64,000 nt of DNA from positions 1 to 64,000 of IMG/VR virus record IMGVR_UViG_3300030419_006472; one strand, 5' to 3'. The translations under genes were made by a program, and so were the position numbers. Each line of letters begins with the position of its first letter. Position 1 is the stretch's first letter. Shown piece by piece: positions 58,118 through 64,000 of the stretch. This DNA comes from a virus. Taxonomy: Duplodnaviria; Caudoviricetes. The notes beneath the pieces are model-generated. The model did not search any database and had not been told where the DNA came from. It was given only the letters and a program-made list of their open reading frames with translations.

Positions 58118-59284
58118 TTACTGAAGAGAATCAAAAACTTGTTTAACTTCCTCAGGACTGACGTGCTCCGGTATGTCAGTCCTTATTTTTTCAAAATCGT
58201 CAAAGTTATCTCTAATATTACTAGCACTATAAGGACGACCAGATGCATTTGTACTAACATTAACAGCAGTCTGTTCCGGGTCGAGGATATTTAAACCTAA
58301 TCCTTCTTTCTCGGCCCATGGACGCGCATATGACCAGCGCTTCCAATCATTATCTTTTGTACTAGCTCCTAAAACTACCGTTGTTCCGGCATCTAATGTC
58401 TTAAGAGATTCATACGCTGCCGTAACTGGGGACGGATATTCAGAAATACTTACTGTTACATTATTAAGAGGTTCAACGTATAGTTCAAAAATTTGTGCTG
58501 CAGCAGATGGAGTAATTACTTTACCGTCTTTAGTTCTTCTCTCACTCTTAGCAGACGGTGCAGAAATTAAAACATGTACATGACCATCAGGATAGGCTCG
58601 GCTATAATGTTCGACCATTTCATAATGACCTTTATGAGGTGGTTTAAAGCTACCAGGAACAAGAACAACTACTTTATCGTTTTTTTTTAATAGATCCTCA
58701 AGGACCATGTCTGCTTTATTAACAAAACTTTCAGTATATCCTTGATCGACTAGTATCTTGTGTACAATTTTAGCTACCTTTTTAGCAGTTTCTGGTTCAG
58801 CATCTTTATTAATAAGTTCTCTATCAGCGTCTGATAGTAATACATCATCTAAGTCAATATGTAATGCTTTACGAGCAAGATTTACTAAAAATGTTTCTCC
58901 TTCTGTCGTTAACGGTTCAGCTGGCTCTTGAACAGGATCCGGTAACGGTGGAACTCCAACTCCAGGAGGCGGAATAGCTGGTTCAAATTCACCACCAACA
59001 GGTGGTCCTTGTCTAGGAACAAATTCATCTCCTGGAGCCTCGATGAGCATTGAGTTAATTACTTCTGTTGAAGAATTTAAGGCCTGTATATCCTGTTGAA
59101 CCTTGGTTTGGAGCTTTTTAGTTCTTTCATCATCATCTTTTAATGCTTGCTTTTCATCATCAGTAAGATCATTAGGTGTCTCCTTCTGCTTTTTTCTTAG
59201 GTTAGCGAGGGTTTGAGTCTCAGTAGAGTGTGTATCATCATGACCTGTTGTCAATTCAGCGATTTTTTTAAGAAACTTACTCAT
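58118..59284 (-). CDS. Cytidyltransferase-like (HIGH) protein with acidic/Pro-rich N-terminal extension
   Basis: PGSFKPPHKGH, SPV, YSASNIR; TATAAATA upstream. Confidence 0.7.
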   Translation of the reverse strand: MSKFLKKIAELTTGHDDTHSTETQTLANLRKKQKETPNDLTDDEKQALKDDDERTKKLQTKVQQDIQALNSSTEVINSMLIEAPGDEFVPRQGPPVGGEFEPAIPPPGVGVPPLPDPVQEPAEPLTTEGETFLVNLARKALHIDLDDVLLSDADRELINKDAEPETAKKVAKIVHKILVDQGYTESFVNKADMVLEDLLKKNDKVVVLVPGSFKPPHKGHYEMVEHYSRAYPDGHVHVLISAPSAKSERRTKDGKVITPSAAAQIFELYVEPLNNVTVSISEYPSPVTAAYESLKTLDAGTTVVLGASTKDNDWKRWSYARPWAEKEGLGLNILDPEQTAVNVSTNASGRPYSASNIRDNFDDFEKIRTDIPEHVSPEEVKQVFDSLQ

Positions 59285-59293
59285 CTTAATTAT

Positions 59294-59836
59294 TTATAGC
59301 AGCGAAAGCTTATTTCTTATATCATTGAAATATGTTTTATCTAAAAATGTTAACTCATAACGCTTACAAAAATATTGTAACTTACTAAAATAAAACTTAC
59401 CGATTTGTATCTTTTTAAGTTTTCTCATTAACAATATAATTAACTCTGTTGAAACACCATCACATTTAAGTGTTTTCTTAAATTCTTTAAAGGATAATGG
59501 TTCGCGTATTATAATAACCGGAAATTTCTTCGCAAAAACGTTTAAAAAGGGAATATACTCTTTATTAAGCATGTTAGTAATATCGAAATATATTACCGGT
59601 TTTTTCTTATTATTACAAATTTTTAATACCTCACAAGTATAATGTATAAAATAATGAAATATATATTTTTTATGCTGTTTGTTATTAAACTTTAACTCAC
59701 TATCAAATTCAGATATCTTATCAATCGATGAATTATGAATATATTCTATTACCGGAGTAAAATTAACAATATTGAAAAAAGAATTAGGTAACTTATAACT
59801 CTGGTGGTGGATTTTCGTTAAGTTTTCTAATTGCAT
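59294..59836 (-). CDS. Hypothetical protein
   Basis: 180-aa ORF with no recognised motif. Confidence 0.55.
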   Translation of the reverse strand: MQLENLTKIHHQSYKLPNSFFNIVNFTPVIEYIHNSSIDKISEFDSELKFNNKQHKKYIFHYFIHYTCEVLKICNNKKKPVIYFDITNMLNKEYIPFLNVFAKKFPVIIIREPLSFKEFKKTLKCDGVSTELIILLMRKLKKIQIGKFYFSKLQYFCKRYELTFLDKTYFNDIRNKLSLL

Positions 59837-60296
59837 CTACATTATTTTTCCAAAAATCGTCATACTTAATTATAATATAATTCTTTGTATAACGCAAGTA
59901 ATTTTCAAAACGGAAATAATGAGCTATATCTTTGTGAAATAGTAAATAGCTACCTTTTCTGGTTACTTTAATTATTAAAAACCATAACCTACCGCTCTCT
60001 GCTTGTTTAATCCATTTATCTAATGTTTTATTTTCAGTAAATAACCTATGATATTCAAACGTTTTATAATTCTTACATTCTAATTTAAATTTAGACATGC
60101 ACGGAGGTACCATTATATCTCCATCCATCATACGTTTTTGATCTTCGGTTAATTGATCAAGTCGGTGAAAATTAGCGCCTCCAGTATAGGCTCCGGAATT
60201 TGGAACTCTAATAAAATTTTCATTAAAAACTTCACTTAAATCCTTAGCAACTTCTCTCTCCCATGCGTTACCCTTCTGTTTGGCTGCGCTAGGCAT
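59793..60296 (-). CDS. Holliday junction resolvase, Hjc-like PD-(D/E)xK nuclease
   Basis: KQKGNAWEREVA, RVPNSGA, GDI, LECK, W..QA. Confidence 0.75.
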   Translation of the reverse strand: MPSAAKQKGNAWEREVAKDLSEVFNENFIRVPNSGAYTGGANFHRLDQLTEDQKRMMDGDIMVPPCMSKFKLECKNYKTFEYHRLFTENKTLDKWIKQAESGRLWFLIIKVTRKGSYLLFHKDIAHYFRFENYLRYTKNYIIIKYDDFWKNNVDAIRKLNENPPPEL

Positions 60297-60331
60297 ATAT
60301 AGTTACTTATCAATTAGCTAGATTTTGCAAG

Positions 60332-60865
60332 TTAAATTGTAAAATTTTTAATAATACCATGATATTCGAATGTACTATTATCATCAATTACATTTTCGTC
60401 ATTATACAATTTGTTTAAATTTAAAGTGTTAATAGGAATAGATAAAACAACAATTTGTTTTAACCAAGAATCTGGAACTATATCGCTTGTTTCAGCATAA
60501 CTATAAGCAACATCAGGGTCTTTAGCTAAATAAACCACCCCAGGCTTACTATCTTCCCATTTCGCTTGAACTCTAGACCCTCCTAAACCGTTTTTTTGTA
60601 TACTCTTTAATAAAGGTTTATACGTTGCGTGATACAATATATCATTACTTTCGTTTAGTTTTTTTTTACGCTTCTTTTTTGCTTTACCTTTACGTGTAAT
60701 AGTATCACCTAATATCTTAGGCATTCTTGCATCACCAGGGGCATATGAATCTGCAGTAGTAAAATCTCCTGCGCCTTGCGCTCCCGTCGGACCTATATTA
60801 GCAGACGCAACGGTATTATCAGTTAGATATTGTGTAACTGCTTGATCGAATAACTTAAGAGGCAT
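60332..60865 (-). CDS. Late protein with C-terminal ADP-ribosyltransferase-like (H-Y-E) domain
   Basis: LYHAT...SI.KNGL...GVVYLA.D...A..YA...FEY, following a basic stretch and LNE. Confidence 0.55.
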   Translation of the reverse strand: MPLKLFDQAVTQYLTDNTVASANIGPTGAQGAGDFTTADSYAPGDARMPKILGDTITRKGKAKKKRKKKLNESNDILYHATYKPLLKSIQKNGLGGSRVQAKWEDSKPGVVYLAKDPDVAYSYAETSDIVPDSWLKQIVVLSIPINTLNLNKLYNDENVIDDNSTFEYHGIIKNFTI

Positions 60866-60896
60866 ATTAAGTATTTATCGCATAACGGTTAATAAG

Positions 60897-60923
60897 TTGA
60901 CTTTTTTTAAAAAACGGTATAAT
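60897..60923 (+). promoter_or_regulatory. Sigma70-type promoter of the uvsY-uvsW-gp55-gp47 operon
   Basis: TTGACT-N15-TATAAT-N6-ATG; the spacer is short. Confidence 0.5.
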
Positions 60924-60929
60924 AAATAA

Positions 60930-61334
60930 ATGGAGATTGGTGATATTATCAATCAGTATCTTAAAGAAGCAAGTATAGATACAAATTTAGATCGATTAGA
61001 AGTTACATCTACGCAAGAACAGCTAGTTGCTAATAAGCATAAGTGGTCGGCTAGATTAATTAATCATAAAATTAAATTAAATAATTTTAAATCTGAACGA
61101 TCTACTCTCCTAGAAAAATATATAACTGATTATCAAGATAAAGAACCCGTACGGGTAAATAAATCAATTGCTCAAAAAGCCGTTGAGAATAAAAAAGAAA
61201 TTAAAAGTATAGATCGGAAAATTGAAAATGAAATTCTGATTATTAGTTTCTTAGAAAATATATATAAAAACATAAGCTTCGCAACAAATGATATAAAAAA
61301 TTTAGTAGAGTTAATGAAACTCGAAACTCAATGA
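60930..61334 (+). CDS. uvsY: Recombination mediator UvsY-like
   Basis: Helical 134-aa protein ending ...DIKN.VE..KLE, directly upstream of uvsW. Confidence 0.7.
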   Translation: MEIGDIINQYLKEASIDTNLDRLEVTSTQEQLVANKHKWSARLINHKIKLNNFKSERSTLLEKYITDYQDKEPVRVNKSIAQKAVENKKEIKSIDRKIENEILIISFLENIYKNISFATNDIKNLVELMKLETQ

Positions 61335-62782
61335 TTGATATAACATTAAATTCAAACTCTCAAGCTGTATTAAAGGGACCTGAGTTAGATATTATTAGAG
61401 AGCATTTTAGTGTAAAAAATGAAAATGCGCATTTTCAAAGAAGATTTGGAAGGTTTGTACCTCCACGAACTTATGTAATTACTCAACAAGGAAAAACTGA
61501 TGTTGGTCTTTTGGCTGAAATTGCAAAGCTTTGCAAAACAAAAGATATAAAAATTAATTTTTCTAAAGATATAAAAAATTCACTTATACCAACATTACGT
61601 AAAGATAATATTATTGACTATGATTTAAATTTAAAATTTAGAGATTATCAACAGGATATAATTACTAAATGTATTAATCAAGGACGTGGTACAATAATAT
61701 TAGCTACTGCAGGAGGTAAGACTTTAACCATGGCAGGGCTATTAGAATTTTATTATCAAAATTACAGTAAAAATTTTAAAGGGTTAATTATTGTACCTGA
61801 TTTAGGATTAGTAAATCAAACAACTTCTGATTTCGAAGAATATGGAGTATCCTTTTCGACTACCAAATATACAGGTAAAGATGAATTAATATTGTCTCGC
61901 AATATTATTATAGCTAATCTAGGCATACTACAAAGTTCGAAGCAAGATATTTCATGGATAGAGCATATTGATTTTTTAATTGTAGACGAGGTACATAAAG
62001 TAAGGAGAGGTAATAAAATAAATAATATTCTTAAAAAAATTACTACTCCTCACCGTTTCGGTTTCACGGGAACGTTACCAGATGATCTACTCGACAAATG
62101 GAATATTCTAGGAAAGATAGGGCCGCAATTATTCGAAAAGAAAGCTCATGAATTAAGAGATGAAAATTATGTTGTACCAGCAAAGGTACATGTCTTAGAA
62201 TTAGCTTATAACACTCCCTCGACTGAAATCTATCAAGGAAATAATTCCAATGCGTATTATTTACAAGAGAGTGAATTTATACGAAGGAACTCTTTTAGGA
62301 ACAATTTGTTAGCTAAATTAGCAGATAAATTAGATAATAATGCATTAATTCTAATCGATTATATAGAGCACGGGGAACTATTGTTCAACACCCTGACTGA
62401 GATTTGTAAAAATAAACAAATATATTTTATTAGAGGTGACGTGGAGGTGAAAGAGCGTAAAAAAATACAAGAATTAATGGAGCGTCAAAAAGATATAATA
62501 ATTATAGCTATATCAAAAATATTTTCTACAGGTATTAATATTAAAAATTTACATTATTTAATATTTGCTAGCGGTGGAAAAGCAAAAATAAAAATTATAC
62601 AAAGTATAGGTCGAGGCCTGCGCTTGCATAATGATAAGAAAGAGCTTATAATCTTTGATATCGCTGATAATCTACGTTATGGTCAACGTCACGTAGAGCA
62701 ACGATTATCACTATATGATAGTGAACATATAAAATATAAATTTACCCAGTATCATGAAACCAAAGACAAAGAAACCAAATAA
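61331..62782 (+). CDS. uvsW: DNA helicase UvsW
   Basis: RDYQ, ATAGGKT, DEVH, GFTGT, FSTGINI, QSIGRGLR. Confidence 0.92.
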   Translation: MIDITLNSNSQAVLKGPELDIIREHFSVKNENAHFQRRFGRFVPPRTYVITQQGKTDVGLLAEIAKLCKTKDIKINFSKDIKNSLIPTLRKDNIIDYDLNLKFRDYQQDIITKCINQGRGTIILATAGGKTLTMAGLLEFYYQNYSKNFKGLIIVPDLGLVNQTTSDFEEYGVSFSTTKYTGKDELILSRNIIIANLGILQSSKQDISWIEHIDFLIVDEVHKVRRGNKINNILKKITTPHRFGFTGTLPDDLLDKWNILGKIGPQLFEKKAHELRDENYVVPAKVHVLELAYNTPSTEIYQGNNSNAYYLQESEFIRRNSFRNNLLAKLADKLDNNALILIDYIEHGELLFNTLTEICKNKQIYFIRGDVEVKERKKIQELMERQKDIIIIAISKIFSTGINIKNLHYLIFASGGKAKIKIIQSIGRGLRLHNDKKELIIFDIADNLRYGQRHVEQRLSLYDSEHIKYKFTQYHETKDKETK

Positions 62783-63194
62783 AAAAACATATTACGTTAA
62801 TCCAAAACAATTTTTACAACAACTAACAGAATATTATGAAACAGACGATTTAATCGACGAACTAGCTGAGTCGGTTTACAAAATCGCTGTTGGTTTAAGT
62901 TATTCTCCAAACTTTATAAACTATAGTTATAAAGATGAAATGATAGGTGATGCGGTTGTAAAAATGATAGCAGCTGTAAAAAATAAAAAATTTAATCTTG
63001 ATTCTGAGTCAAACCCGTTTTCATATTTTACTACTATCGCATATCATGCGTTTATTAACAGAATAAAGAAGGAAAAAAAATATCGAGAAACAATTAATGA
63101 TTATCAAGAGCAAGTATATGGATCTTTAGCTAATGAAGAAAAAATTGTTAATAAACAACCAGTTAAAGATTACGATCAAGAATTATACACATAA
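62754..63194 (+). CDS. gp55: Late-transcription sigma factor gp55
   Basis: YVNP..F, NFINYSYKDEMIGDA, NPFSYFTTIAYHAFINRIKKEK. Confidence 0.95.
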   Translation: MKPKTKKPNKKTYYVNPKQFLQQLTEYYETDDLIDELAESVYKIAVGLSYSPNFINYSYKDEMIGDAVVKMIAAVKNKKFNLDSESNPFSYFTTIAYHAFINRIKKEKKYRETINDYQEQVYGSLANEEKIVNKQPVKDYDQELYT

Positions 63195-64000
63195 TGGTAA
63201 CCGAAAACAATAAAAAAATCGGTTTCTTCTCCGATTTACATATTGGCATACATCAAAACAGTGAAAAATGGCATGATGTGGCGTTTGAGTGGGCGAAATG
63301 GTTTACGTCGGAGTTAAAAAAGGAGAAAATCACTAAAATAATATTTGGCGGGGATTTTTTTCACTATAGAGATGAAATAAACGTTAAATCCTTACACTTT
63401 GCAAATAATTTACTGGATTTATTTAATGGTTTTGAAATATTCATGATTCCCGGTAATCATGACGCATATTACAAGGATAACTCAAACGTACATTCGCTAT
63501 CTATTTTAAGTAACAGGCATAATATTCATATTATTAACGAACCAAGCGTGCAAAATATGTTCGGGTTTAATATTTGCTTTTGTCCGTGGGGAACTAGTAT
63601 AAATGAGATTTCAGAATCTGATTTAATAATCGGACATTTTGAAATTGAAAATTTCAATTTTAATAGCTTTAAAGTATGTGAATCAGGTATTCAATCATGC
63701 GACTTACTAACAAAATCCAACCTTATACTATCTGGTCATTTTCACAAACGTCAGCGTCGAAAATATTCAAACGGAGAGATAATTTATGCAGGAAATCCGT
63801 TTGAAATGGATTTTAATGATATACAAGACCAGAAAGGCTTTTATATTCTTGATCTTAGCGAACAAAACATAAAATACACTTTTGTTGAAAATAAAATATC
63901 ACCTATTCATGTAAAAGTAAACTTAAGTGAACTCGAAAAACTAAAAACAATCGCAAAAGAGGTCGGTTGGTCGAAGTTAGCTATAAAAATTGTTATTGAT
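63194..64000 (+). CDS. gp47: Recombination endonuclease subunit gp47 (Mre11/SbcD-like), partial
   Basis: Not in the track. MVTENNKKIGFFSDLHIG..., GDFFH, PGNHD, GHFH metallophosphoesterase motifs; runs off the right edge. Confidence 0.9.
   Translation, partial: MVTENNKKIGFFSDLHIGIHQNSEKWHDVAFEWAKWFTSELKKEKITKIIFGGDFFHYRDEINVKSLHFANNLLDLFNGFEIFMIPGNHDAYYKDNSNVHSLSILSNRHNIHIINEPSVQNMFGFNICFCPWGTSINEISESDLIIGHFEIENFNFNSFKVCESGIQSCDLLTKSNLILSGHFHKRQRRKYSNGEIIYAGNPFEMDFNDIQDQKGFYILDLSEQNIKYTFVENKISPIHVKVNLSELEKLKTIAKEVGWSKLAIKIVID

Noticed and set aside
1-64000. Stop-codon reassignment, tRNA/rRNA genes, introns or inteins
   Set aside because: Core genes are full-length in code 11, intergenic gaps are too short or lack cloverleaf motifs by eye, and no intein or homing-endonuclease signature was noticed. 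A tRNAscan/Infernal run would be needed to exclude RNAs formally.

Overview
AT-rich, gene-dense 64-kb segment of a large T4-like (Tevenvirinae-related, probably uncultured aquatic) myophage, read in standard code 11. The core genes are recognisable: gp23, gp22, gp67-like, gp21, gp4, gp13, gp20, gp15, gp5-like hub, gp62-like, UvsY, UvsW, gp55, gp47, Hsp20, a GroES-like protein and PhoH. Three accessory systems stand out. (1) A dispersed 7-deazaguanine DNA-modification pathway: folE, queD, queE, queF, a DpdA3-like transglycosylase and a PurN-like formyltransferase, predicting formyl-preQ1 in DNA. It comes with unexplained partners (DUF1599, two P-loop kinases, a PRTase, DUF366), and no queC lies in the window. 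The dpdA, queD, folE and DUF366 loci share one sigma70-type promoter. (2) A ~25.5-kb glycan-building island that includes an apparent ulosonic (sialic-like) acid pathway with a dehydrogenase-GT29 sialyltransferase fusion, a plant-type DUF579 methyltransferase, radical SAM enzymes, a sulfotransferase and five paralogous putative GTs. (3) A tandem array of six SGNH-like paralogs with variable cores. Both early (TTG-N16-TATAAT) and late (TAAATA) promoters sit mostly 5-9 nt from start codons, implying largely leaderless mRNAs. All family calls come from motif recognition by eye; no searches were run.
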